A DNA stretch of 32,000 bases from Gemmata obscuriglobus (GCF_008065095.1 NZ_CP042911.1:3720001-3752000), one strand, 5' to 3'. Counted from the stretch's first letter, positions 8,832-17,918 are shown. The notes: a model not told the origin generated them from the sequence alone. Made by a program: numbers and translations.

Positions 8832-9881
8832 CTATTCGGCCGAACGCGCCGGGACCAGCGCGAGCAGCTTTTTCACAATTTCGTCGGGCGTGACGCGGTC
8901 GGCGTCGGCGTTGTAGTTGGTGACGACCCGGTGCCGCATGACGGGCAGCGCGACCGCCTTCACGTCCTCGGTCGCCACGTAGGTGCGACCGTGCAGCAGG
9001 GCTCGCGCCTTGGCTGCGAGGACGAGGTTCTGACCCGCGCGCGGCCCCGCCCCCCAGGTCACGTACTTCTTCACGAAGTCGGGCACGTTCGGGTCCGGCG
9101 CCTCGCCGTCCTGGGTGCCGGGACGGGTGAGGCGGGCGATCCGCATCGCGTACCGAATGACGAAGCCGGCCGCGGGCACCCGGCGCACCAGCTTTTGCAT
9201 CTCCAGCAGCTGCGGCCCGTTTACAACGTGCTCCGGCTTTTCGCGGCTCGCGGTCGTCGTGGACTCGAGAATGCGGAACTCCTCCTCCTCGCTCGGGTAG
9301 CCCACGTTGACCGTGAACATGAAGCGGTCCTGCTGGGCTTCGGGCAGGGGATAAGTGCCCTCCTGCTCGATGGGGTTCTGGGTCGCGAGGACGAAGAACG
9401 GGTCGGGCAGCAGGTGCCGGACGCCCGCGACCGTGACCTGCCGCTCCTGCATCGCTTCGAGCAGCGACGACTGCGTCTTGGGCGGCGTCCGGTTCACCTC
9501 GTCGGCGAGCACCACGTTGGCGAACAGCGGACCCGGGAGGAACTTGAACACCGGGCGGTGCGTCTCCGGGTCCTCTTCGATCATCCGCGTCCCGGTGATG
9601 TCGGTCGGGATCAGGTCGGGGGTGAACTGGACGCGGTTGAACGTGAGGTTCATGCTGTCCGCGAGGGTGCGGATCATGAGCGTTTTCGCCAGCCCGGGCA
9701 CCCCGACCAGGAGCGCGTGCCCTTGCGCCAGTAGGGCGATGAGCAGCAGCTCCATCACGTCCTTCTGGCCGACGATAACCTTGCCGCACTCCTCGCCGAT
9801 CCGCTCGGCCGCGGCGCGCAGTTGGTCGACCGCGTGGGCGTCGTCGCCGCTCAGACCGACAGGTTCCGCTCGAACAGACAC
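8832..9881 (-). CDS. MoxR-family AAA+ ATPase
   Basis: GTG start at 9881 with GGAG 6 nt upstream. It has Walker A LLVGVPGLAKT, the MoxR-typical FNRVQFTPDLIPTDITGT, Walker B VVLADEVNR and ATQNPIEQEGTYPLPEAQQDRF. Confidence 0.9.
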   Translation of the reverse strand: MSVRAEPVGLSGDDAHAVDQLRAAAERIGEECGKVIVGQKDVMELLLIALLAQGHALLVGVPGLAKTLMIRTLADSMNLTFNRVQFTPDLIPTDITGTRMIEEDPETHRPVFKFLPGPLFANVVLADEVNRTPPKTQSSLLEAMQERQVTVAGVRHLLPDPFFVLATQNPIEQEGTYPLPEAQQDRFMFTVNVGYPSEEEEFRILESTTTASREKPEHVVNGPQLLEMQKLVRRVPAAGFVIRYAMRIARLTRPGTQDGEAPDPNVPDFVKKYVTWGAGPRAGQNLVLAAKARALLHGRTYVATEDVKAVALPVMRHRVVTNYNADADRVTPDEIVKKLLALVPARSAE

Positions 9882-9920
9882 GTTGTTCTCCAGCCGGCGT
9901 TCGGACGTTGCGAGTTAGGA

Positions 9921-12900
9921 CTATTTCAACCAAACGACCCGGTCGCCGGTTGCGATCACGGTGGCATTCGGGCCGAACCACACGGCCAAGCCGGGGCCTC
10001 GGGCCGGGACGTTGAAGCGGCCCGTGCGCGTGCCCGTCTCGGGGTCGAGGAGCACCACGGGCACCACACGATCGACCCACGCATCATACAGCGTTGCGGC
10101 GAGCCCGGGGAGCCGCCACAGGTGCGGTTCCCGCCGGAACGATCGTGACAGCCGCGCCAGAACATCCGCCACCGGCTCGCGCGTGGGCGCTTGGCGAGGG
10201 TGGGCGATCAGGCCCGATTTCCCGACCCGCACCGCCCACCCCGCGTCGCCGGCGTCCGGCAGCGTGACCGACCACGCGGGCGTGCCGTCTTCTCGTGCGA
10301 GCGCCACCACCTTGTTCCCAACGGGAACGTAAATACGATCGGCGTCCGCGTCGACGCCGGACAGGTCAATGTGATCGGCGTCGAGGAACGCGGGCTCGTG
10401 CCATAGAGACTTGCCGTCGGCCGCGCTAACCGGTTCGAGGTCCACTCCGTAATTGCGGCGCACGGCGATGAGCAGTTCGGCACCGAACGCACGCACCTGC
10501 GGCGGTTCGCCGGCCAGCCCCTCGGGGCGCTCGGCCGCGAACACCCATTTGGTGCGAAGGCCCGGTGTGAACACGACGAACCGGCCCCGCCCCGGTACGG
10601 GAAGCGCGATCGGCGGAACGTCGTTCGGTCCGCCCAGATCAACGAGCCGCACGTGGCCGGCCCCGTCAGCGAGCGCGAGGTGCCCGCCCGAGATCTCCAC
10701 CGGCGCGTGCGGCCAACTCGCCAGCGCCGTGCCGGTTGGGTGGGGCGGTTGCGTTTCGAACCGGCCGGTGTCGAGCCGCACGAACCAGAGCTGACCGTCG
10801 GAGAGCTGTGCGACCACGAACCGGTTTGCTGTCGCGAAATGCGGCTCGAACCTGGGAGTCGTAGCGAACATCACCGATTCATACCCGCTGTCGCCGGTCG
10901 CCGCCAGCACCCATGCCACCCGCCGGGCGCCGAGGTCGAGCGCGATGAGGTGGAACTCGCCGAGCCGCGCCACGAGCCACGAGCCCGCGAGCCGAAAGGA
11001 CGACAGGTACGGTCCGAGCGTGTCGGCACCGGCGCGTAGTTGGTAGGGCAAGGCCCCTGGCGTGAGTCTTGCCGTGACCGGCGCCCGAAAAATCCAAACC
11101 GGATCGCGGGCCGTACCGTACAGCGCGACGATCCGCGGACCTACCGCCAGAAAGCCGTCCGGCAGATCCGCTGCGTGAGTGAACAGTTCCGTGGCGGCGT
11201 GTTCCGTTTCGGCGCCCTGATTGAGCGGCACCGCAAGTACCTTGTCGCCACCGGCCATGAACAGCCGTTGGGGGGGCTCCGTTGAACCCGGGATCGAAAG
11301 TAATGGGCACATACCCGAGGGCGTCTGCCATGTGTGATCGCGCTCGGACCGCGGCGCCAGTGCCGGCGGGCACGGCGGGGTAGCGGGGCTCATTACGGGA
11401 ACCGATGGCGCACGTGTTGGGCGGTGAAGGTGCTCGCTCACGAAGGTTTCGAGCGTCACCGGAAGCCCCTCGGCCGTGAGAACCCATTCGGACATGAGGG
11501 CGGGGGGAAGAGCACGGCGCACGGTCGTGGGGAGTTCCCCTGCGCGCGGCGACAGTTGCACCATCCGGGCCGCGGCCCACGCGCGCAACTGGGGCGGGAA
11601 GTTACCCGTCGCGGCTTCCGTGAGGGCCGTAAAGCACGCGGCCGTGTTGCCCGCGGCCAGGTCGCGCTCCGACCGGTCGATGAGCCAGTGAAACAGGTCC
11701 GCCGGCGTGTCCGATCGCGGGACGATCTTGTACGACTCGGCACGGTATCCCCAAATTTGTGCGTGCGTGACCACGACGAGCGTGCCGTCGGCGTAAGCCA
11801 AATTCCCGAAGAACGTTCGGTTCTCGAGTAGATCTCCGGTCATTGGATTCGAGCGACCCGAAGGGGGCAGACCGTTTTCGGGGCGTGCGAAGGTGGGGAG
11901 CGGCGCGGGGAGCGGGTTCGGGCGGCCGGGGGTGGGAAACCCATTTTCGGGGCGCACAAAGTACAGCCCGGCGCGCGACGGCCACAAGATCACGTCGTCG
12001 GTGACAACCCCTTGGCCGTAAGAAAGCGTACCGCCCTGCACCCAGCCGCCGTCCTCACGGTGGTGCGAGCCAGTGTCCAGGTCCAGCCCGCGCAGCCCCG
12101 CGAGCGGCCCGGTCACCGTGACGATGACCCGCCCCCGCGCGACCCCCAGGATTCGTGCCCCTTCCGTCGGGCCGGAGCCCCAGACCACACCGCCGGTGGC
12201 GCCGTCGAGGCAATACACGCGTTCGCCGTCGGCCGGCGCGACCAGCACCCGACCGCCGAACGCGACCGCCGGGCTGGGGTCGCCCGCGTAGTTGCTCTTA
12301 CGCGAGCGCGGGTAGCGAAACGCCCACGCCCGCTGTCCGGTCGCGGCGTCCACCGCGACGACCGCGCCGGTGTTGGAGCAGAACACGAGGTTCCGCCCAC
12401 AGAGGGTGAGCAGTTCCTGGCGCGTCCGGCCGGCGCCCGAGACCGGCTGGGCGCTGTCACAGAGCTCGGTTGCCCACGCGGGGCGGTCCGGGGTTCGGTC
12501 GCCGACCGGGTCGTAACAGACCGCGACGTGAACCACCCGTCCGCCCTCGAACTTGGCGTACACGGCCCACAGCCGCTTCCCGACCACGAGCGGCGCGCCT
12601 TCCCAGGCGGCCGGCACCTTCCGGTCCTCGGGCGGGGGGAGCTTCCACACCGGCTCGATTTCGTCCTCGGTCGGTCGCAGGCACGCAAGATACGATTCCT
12701 CGGCATCGCCCCTCGAAAGGTCCTCGGGCGTGCGAACCGCCGGCGGGCCGAACCGAGCGTACAGGCGCCCGTCGGCCGCGGTGAGTGACGCGCAGGCGTC
12801 GACCGAGTAGCCCGGTAGATCCGACTTTACTTTCACCTCCGAAGAGAAGTACGGGCGCGGCTTGCCGCTCCGCAGGTCGAACCGGTACACGCGACTGGCG

Positions 12901-13850
12901 TCCGCAACGAACACCTCGCCGTTAGCGATGACAGGGTGTCCGAACGGCTGGCGCGCCGGCGGGTTGTTCGCCTCGCGCCGCGGGACCGCGGGGAGGCGCG
13001 CGGACCACGACGCCCGGCCCCAGTCGCGGGGGACGCCGCCGGGCACGCGCCCCGCTCGGTCCGGGCCGCCGCCGAACGTGGCCCACGACTCGGCCGACGG
13101 CTCCGGGGCGAGTTGCGGCTTGGCGTCCAGAACCGCCTGAAGTGTGTCAGCCAGCAGCCCGGTTTTGCCCGCGAGCGCGCCGGTCGCGTTCGGGTGCTTC
13201 TGCTTAAACCCGTCGAGAGCGTCCTTCGCACGGGAGGGCTGACCGCCGACCGCCAGCGCGAGAACGATTCGCGCACGCACAAGTGCCGGATCGGTGCTGG
13301 AATCGGGGTACACGAGGTCCGCGCCTGCGTCCGGCAACAGTTGCCGCCACACGGACTCCGCGCCGCGGAACTCGCCGCGCTCGAACAGCAGGTCGCCGAG
13401 AAGGAGCAGCGCCTCGCCCGCGGGGCGCGAGACGAAGTAGCGGTCGAGGAGCTGGTAGAGCGGCTGCGGGTCGCGCCCCTCCTTCGCTTGTGCCAGCAGC
13501 CGCTTCGCGGGCTGATCGATCCGGTCCCGGTAGGTCCGCAGCACGTCCGGGCTGAGTCGGCTCAGGAGCTGGTGGGCCAGCCGCCGCGCGGTCGGGTGCG
13601 ACTGGTTCACTTCGGGCGGGATGAGGTCGCCGCCCGACTCGTCGAGCACGCGCTGGAGGTCATCGGCCGCGTCCGCGTGCTTGCCGGCGGCCAGTTTCTG
13701 CTCGATCTCCAGCAACCGCTTGCGGGTCTGAGCCGACGCGCCGCGGACGGCGGCCGATTCCGGCGCGGGGGCCGAGGCCGGTTGCGCGGCGGCAGCGCCG
13801 GCGAGGGTCAGCAGGGCCAGTGTTGCGGCGGCGCGGGCGGCCCGGTTCAT
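9921..13850 (-). CDS. large secreted TPR-like / PQQ-like (BamB-type) beta-propeller repeat protein, 1309 aa
   Basis: ATG at 13850 (in frame with stop 9921) gives the signal peptide MNRAARAAATLALLTLAGAAAAQP. A helical repeat region follows (LLLLGDLLFERGEFRGAESVWRQLL). There are multiple propeller-repeat signatures: VVAVDAATGQRAW, VYCLDGATGGVVW, LIALDLGARRVAW and VVALAREDGTPAW. The rest of the 2116-aa track ORF upstream of 13850 is antisense to the cytochrome c gene and is treated as artefact. Confidence 0.8.
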   Translation of the reverse strand: MNRAARAAATLALLTLAGAAAAQPASAPAPESAAVRGASAQTRKRLLEIEQKLAAGKHADAADDLQRVLDESGGDLIPPEVNQSHPTARRLAHQLLSRLSPDVLRTYRDRIDQPAKRLLAQAKEGRDPQPLYQLLDRYFVSRPAGEALLLLGDLLFERGEFRGAESVWRQLLPDAGADLVYPDSSTDPALVRARIVLALAVGGQPSRAKDALDGFKQKHPNATGALAGKTGLLADTLQAVLDAKPQLAPEPSAESWATFGGGPDRAGRVPGGVPRDWGRASWSARLPAVPRREANNPPARQPFGHPVIANGEVFVADASRVYRFDLRSGKPRPYFSSEVKVKSDLPGYSVDACASLTAADGRLYARFGPPAVRTPEDLSRGDAEESYLACLRPTEDEIEPVWKLPPPEDRKVPAAWEGAPLVVGKRLWAVYAKFEGGRVVHVAVCYDPVGDRTPDRPAWATELCDSAQPVSGAGRTRQELLTLCGRNLVFCSNTGAVVAVDAATGQRAWAFRYPRSRKSNYAGDPSPAVAFGGRVLVAPADGERVYCLDGATGGVVWGSGPTEGARILGVARGRVIVTVTGPLAGLRGLDLDTGSHHREDGGWVQGGTLSYGQGVVTDDVILWPSRAGLYFVRPENGFPTPGRPNPLPAPLPTFARPENGLPPSGRSNPMTGDLLENRTFFGNLAYADGTLVVVTHAQIWGYRAESYKIVPRSDTPADLFHWLIDRSERDLAAGNTAACFTALTEAATGNFPPQLRAWAAARMVQLSPRAGELPTTVRRALPPALMSEWVLTAEGLPVTLETFVSEHLHRPTRAPSVPVMSPATPPCPPALAPRSERDHTWQTPSGMCPLLSIPGSTEPPQRLFMAGGDKVLAVPLNQGAETEHAATELFTHAADLPDGFLAVGPRIVALYGTARDPVWIFRAPVTARLTPGALPYQLRAGADTLGPYLSSFRLAGSWLVARLGEFHLIALDLGARRVAWVLAATGDSGYESVMFATTPRFEPHFATANRFVVAQLSDGQLWFVRLDTGRFETQPPHPTGTALASWPHAPVEISGGHLALADGAGHVRLVDLGGPNDVPPIALPVPGRGRFVVFTPGLRTKWVFAAERPEGLAGEPPQVRAFGAELLIAVRRNYGVDLEPVSAADGKSLWHEPAFLDADHIDLSGVDADADRIYVPVGNKVVALAREDGTPAWSVTLPDAGDAGWAVRVGKSGLIAHPRQAPTREPVADVLARLSRSFRREPHLWRLPGLAATLYDAWVDRVVPVVLLDPETGTRTGRFNVPARGPGLAVWFGPNATVIATGDRVVWLK

Positions 13851-13964
13851 AGAATGCGCTCGTACCCCGAGAGTGCCCCGCCCGTCGGACGGGACCGCTT
13901 TATTGTTGACATTCCGGCCCAAAGCACAAGCGCCGGCGGCCGAAAAAGTCGCCGCGATCCGCTC

Positions 13965-15410
13965 ATGACGAACTCGCGTTGGTTCCTGGCGTGCGTCGGT
14001 GTTGCGGCGTTCGGGTTCACCGGCTGCGGCGGCTCGACCGAAGGGCACGCGCCGCAACCGGCCGCCGCCACGGCCCCGCCGACGACGCGGTACGCGCCGC
14101 GTACCGACCTGATGGCGGTGAAGATCCCCGACGGCGCCCCCGCGCACTGGTCTGCGGCGCGGTTCCCGCCGCTGAAGAGCGTTCGGCTGATGCCCCACAC
14201 GCCCGACGCCGATCTGGCGACGGATCTGCGGAAGCAGTTCGGCAAGAACATCCTGGACCCGATCGTTTACGAACAGGACGTGTGGATGCCGGCCCAGGCG
14301 GACCGCCTCGCCCGGGTACTCGACGCACACTTCGGCACACCCGCCGCCCCGACCGTCGTGGTGCCGGAACTCAATCACCTCGCGGCAACCAGTACGGTCC
14401 GGTTCGATCCGACGCTCAGCCTGGGCGCGAACTTGAAGGAGGCGCAGAAGCAGTTCGGTAAGGCCAAGTTCAAGGAGCTGGAAGCGGACCGGCAGACCGC
14501 GAGCGAGATGAAGCGGGAGCTGAAACTGGACGACGCGACGCTCGCCCGCGGGGCCGTGTTGTACCGGCGGTGGTGCATGCAGTGTCACGGCCCGAGTGGG
14601 GCCGGCGACGCGGCCTACGCGATCGAGGCCGGGCCGATGCCCCGGGACTACCGCCAGGGCGCTTTCAAATACACGACGGTGCTCGTGCCGGCGACCGCTC
14701 CCAAAAAGGCCGGCCTGGGCGCGGCCGGCAAGCCGCTCCGCTCGGACCTCGTGCGCACCGTCCGCAACGGCATCGACGGGACCATGATGCCGGCGTTCCC
14801 GTCCCTGACGGCCGCCGAACTCGACGACGTGATTAGTTACGTGATCCACCTGAGCGTGCGCGGGGAGGTCGAATTCGCGGCGCTGGCGAGGGCGATCAAG
14901 CCCGGCGGCGACGACCCCATCTACGAAGGCGCCGAAATGGACTGGCTGGTCGCTCAGACCGAACTGGCGGTCCTGTACAACTGGAGCGTCGCTGCGAAGC
15001 ACCCGATCCCGGTGCCCGCGGAGCCGGTGATGACTGAGAAGGAGCGGATCGACTCGGCGGTGCGGGGGTACCGGCTGTACAACTCGCCGGAGTTCGGGTG
15101 CGGGAGTTGCCACGCGAACTACGGTCGCGCCCAGCAGTTGAAGTGGGACATTTGGGGCACGATCGTTCAGCCCCGGAACCTGACGCTCGGCGTGTACCGG
15201 GGCGGACGCAAGGGCGAAGACCTGTACGCGCGGATCTACGGCGGGATCGCCCCATCGGGGATGACGGCCTTCCACGACCGCGTGACGAACGCCGCCCCGG
15301 GCAGTCCGAACAAGATCTGGGACGTGGTCCATTTCCTGCAGGCACTGGGTGACGCGGGCGACCGCCGTCGGATGCAGGAACGCGATGCCGAGATCAAGTT
15401 CGACCCGTGA
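13965..15410 (+). CDS. dihaem c-type cytochrome lipoprotein
   Basis: ATG at 13965 (in frame with ORF 12936-15410) gives MTNSRWFLACVGVAAFGFTGCGG, a lipobox with Cys. There are two haem-binding CxxCH motifs: CMQCH (14574-14588) and CGSCH (15099-15113). MPAF lies downstream of the first motif as a candidate Met ligand. Confidence 0.8.
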   Translation: MTNSRWFLACVGVAAFGFTGCGGSTEGHAPQPAAATAPPTTRYAPRTDLMAVKIPDGAPAHWSAARFPPLKSVRLMPHTPDADLATDLRKQFGKNILDPIVYEQDVWMPAQADRLARVLDAHFGTPAAPTVVVPELNHLAATSTVRFDPTLSLGANLKEAQKQFGKAKFKELEADRQTASEMKRELKLDDATLARGAVLYRRWCMQCHGPSGAGDAAYAIEAGPMPRDYRQGAFKYTTVLVPATAPKKAGLGAAGKPLRSDLVRTVRNGIDGTMMPAFPSLTAAELDDVISYVIHLSVRGEVEFAALARAIKPGGDDPIYEGAEMDWLVAQTELAVLYNWSVAAKHPIPVPAEPVMTEKERIDSAVRGYRLYNSPEFGCGSCHANYGRAQQLKWDIWGTIVQPRNLTLGVYRGGRKGEDLYARIYGGIAPSGMTAFHDRVTNAAPGSPNKIWDVVHFLQALGDAGDRRRMQERDAEIKFDP

Positions 15411-16372
15411 TTCCTCGGGAACATCCCGTTTAAATGTCTTTCGCTGTGACGCGCGGGCATCTTGCCCGTGTTGCCCGATGTAAGGTGTCGCCCTGGACCA
15501 AACAGCAACACCCGAAAGCCGGAGCGAGAAGGAGCATTCCCAATCACCGATTTGCTGCGGGTTGACTGATCGGCACATCGGGTAGTTCCCCACCATTTTC
15601 TCTCGTGAGGGGCTTCCGGAAGTTCTCACCACACCTTGCGGGCACTTGGGTGCCATCGGTGCCCTGTCGTCGCTCCAGAAGCGGGCTCTTTTGCAGAAAA
15701 CGCTTCGGCCGCAAGCATCAATTTTTGAACACGTTGCGTCACATTCAACCCGAGTACTGGGCGAAGCTGGTGCGCCTGTTTGGTCCTCATCGGGCGAAAA
15801 GAACGCGTGATTTCGTGGGTAGCTGCCACCCAGCGAATGGCCAACTCGTGACCAGTCAGACGCCAGCAGATGTCCCCTTCGTGTCCAGTCGGAGCCGGCT
15901 GAGCGAAGCGGCACTGTAACCCCCGTTACAGAGCAGCGGGCCGGGCGACCTTGTTGCGCCGAGACAGCTACTCCAAATCTCCCTCGAACAGACATTCCCG
16001 TTCCTCCACTTCCGACTTCCGCGGCGCTGTCCGGTCCGTGTTGCCGCTTGGCGCTGAGTTCGGTGGCCGAAGACCGAACCGCGAACGCGACGCATGCCTT
16101 GGTGAGAACTCCCACCGGCGCAACGGCCGGTGCGTACTGCGGCCGATGGCACCCGGTGTATGCGTCGGTCATCCGAGCGGCGGCGGACGGGTGGTGGCGC
16201 CGCCTTGAACCGGTCGCCCACGCCCCCGGTGCATCGTCGCACGACCCGCAGTCACGTCCGCAGCGGCTCACAAGGTGCGGGAGAACAACAGGTTGGTGCG
16301 GGTGGGCACCCGGTTGGTGATCGGCGCGTTTTGGGGTGGCGCTGGCGGTGGTGAGCTTGGCGATGGACCGGG

Positions 16373-16625
16373 TTGGTCAAGACGCGCCCTGTGAAGCGGT
16401 ACTACCGAACGGATCGGAACTGCAATGTGCGCAAGACGTGCAGCTTCTCAAAGGACCGGGAGATGCACCGGGCGGCCACTCGCTTGAACGAATTTAGCGA
16501 CAACTTCCGTCGTTCGGTGGCGACGCGACGTTCCAAGGACGTGGACGGACTTTTGCGGCGAAGAATCCCGGTGACGGCCGCTGGATTAACCGACCATGTG
16601 TGGAGCTTGCCAAGTGGCTGGCATT
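16373..16625 (+). pseudogene. IS1-family-like transposase C-terminal remnant
   Basis: Translation ...DRNCNVRKTCSFSKDREMHRAATRLNEFSDNFRRS...IPVTAAGLTDHVWSL resembles the conserved tail of IS1-type transposases (ER.N...R...RKT..FSK..E.H.......YNF.R.H..L..TPAMAAGLTDHVWSL). It is shortened and degenerate, and no DDE core is recognisable upstream. Confidence 0.45.
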
Positions 16626-16774
16626 TCCTGCCGGACGACGCAAGTAGGACCCCACCCGTGTCGGTCTCTGGACACAAATTGACATCGCGTGATCTTGCAC
16701 TCACCACATTGCAGCGCATGGTATACAATTCGTCATATCCGCCCGCCACCGTACCCGCTGACGTACCCACGCCT

Positions 16775-17119
16775 ATGGCAATTCGTTCAATCTCGCACTT
16801 CCTCTGGCAGGTTCTGCGTGCCACGAAGCGAAGTAAGAAACCGCCGACCGGCCGCCAATTGCGGATTTCCCCGACACCGAGGTCCAAGGACGGTTCGTTC
16901 CTGACGGCGCTCGTTGACGAAGGACTGCTGAAGTTCGTCACAGGATCCCCGGCCGCCCCGTTCGAAGCCACGTTCTCACTGACCGAGAAGGGGGAGCACG
17001 CGGCCGAATACGGCGAGTACGAGTACGAGCCGAAGCGCCCGGCGCCCCAGCCCCCTCCCCCCGTGGTAAAGTCCGCGCCTCCCACGGCGAAGAAGGTCCG
17101 CAGCGCCAAGAAGCCGTAA
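16775..17119 (+). CDS. hypothetical small protein; possible winged-helix-like core with a Pro/Lys-rich tail. The start is uncertain and it may be read as one ORF with the IS1 remnant.
   Basis: This is the in-frame continuation of ORF 16373-17119. MAIRSISHFLWQVL...GSFLTALVDEGLLKFV...FSLTEKGEHAAEYGEYEYEPKRPAPQPPPPVVKSAPPTAKKVRSAKKP. No convincing SD precedes ATG 16775 or ATG 16718, and no family was recognised. Confidence 0.3.
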   Translation: MAIRSISHFLWQVLRATKRSKKPPTGRQLRISPTPRSKDGSFLTALVDEGLLKFVTGSPAAPFEATFSLTEKGEHAAEYGEYEYEPKRPAPQPPPPVVKSAPPTAKKVRSAKKP

Positions 17120-17378
17120 GTCCGGCCCCACGACAGGAAACGCCCAAGGGGCCGAAACAGCCCCTGAGCGTCCGTAAAGCAACCGCACGTTTCTGACCCG
17201 CCGGTGGCCGGATTCGTTTCGCCCGCGGTTGGTGCCCTGAAGCGCTTGCCATCGCCCCGTCGTGCCTATCACCCGTCACAACTTCGTTCGCTTGGCCAAG
17301 CTCATCGGCGATTGTGACATCCGCCCGCCTACCAGTGGCCGATCTCCGACCACGCCTCCCGGCATCCCGCCCAAACCA

Positions 17379-17825
17379 TTGGCAGTGGGTCTAGATATGG
17401 AGATGACAGCCGAGTCGGGAAGATGATCCCCCTCCGCTTCAACTCTTCCTCAAGCTCGAGCGGCGCGTGATGATATCCGCCGCGCTAGCCGACGTGTTAC
17501 GCGGGTACCTCGACGGGAAGTCGCTTGACGAACCGGTGTGACCTGGGAGTTGGTCAGATCGCGGGGCCGACATGATCAAGATCGACGCTCAGACCGCCGG
17601 GATTGCGACCGAAGTTGCCATTAAGGACGGGCCGCAGGAACTCAGTTCCACTCGCTTCGGGGAACCTTCGCAACGTTCCTGGACGGGATCAACATTTCCC
17701 TGAAGTCGCGTCAGGAACTGATTTGGCACTCGGGTCCGCGGCTCACGATGAAGCGATACACACGGACGAAGTTGTCCGAATTGGGGGAAGCAGCAACAAA
17801 AAAACGTGATTTTCACCGCCTCTGA
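17379..17825 (+). pseudogene. tyrosine recombinase (phage-integrase family) C-terminal remnant
   Basis: Frame 1 reads LADVLRGYLDGKSLDEPV, then TGA (17539-17541) where Trp is expected, then PGSWSDRGADMIKIDAQTAGI. After a -1 shift, frame 3 reads FHSLRGTFATFL (from 17646; the H-x-x-R box) and RQELIWHSGPRLTMKRYTR (His and catalytic Tyr box, Tyr codon 17757-17759), with the stop at 17823-17825. The N-terminal domains are missing. It lies next to the 3' end of tRNA-Ser. Confidence 0.65.
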
Positions 17826-17918
17826 TGACCGAGCCGAACGCCGATTTGTCTTACACAAACTTACACTAGCGCCTGCGGGCGAGGGCAGTTTTGAGCGGGT
17901 GAGAGCGGAAATGAACGA

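Noticed and set aside
8125-10080. 651-aa minus-strand ORF overlapping the MoxR and DUF58 genes in another frame
   Set aside because: It has extreme Arg/Pro/Gly/Ala composition and no motifs. It overlaps two genes that have clear family signatures, so it is a high-GC alternative-frame artefact.
13906-13911. Perfect TTGACA hexamer in the divergent region between the propeller and cytochrome c genes
   Set aside because: No acceptable -10 element lies 16-19 nt downstream on the plus strand, so it was not called as a promoter.
12936-13964. N-terminal 343 codons of plus-strand ORF 12936-15410
   Set aside because: This stretch is antisense to the propeller gene and has Arg/Gly/Ala-rich junk composition. 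The real start, ATG 13965, gives a lipoprotein signal peptide.
13851-16271. Upstream 807 codons of the 2116-aa minus-strand track ORF (9921-16271)
   Set aside because: The translation is Arg/Gly/Pro/Val-rich and low in complexity. It runs antisense to a well-supported cytochrome c gene and then through a gene-poor tract. A proper ATG plus signal peptide occurs at 13850. This is read as the typical high-GC shadow extension.
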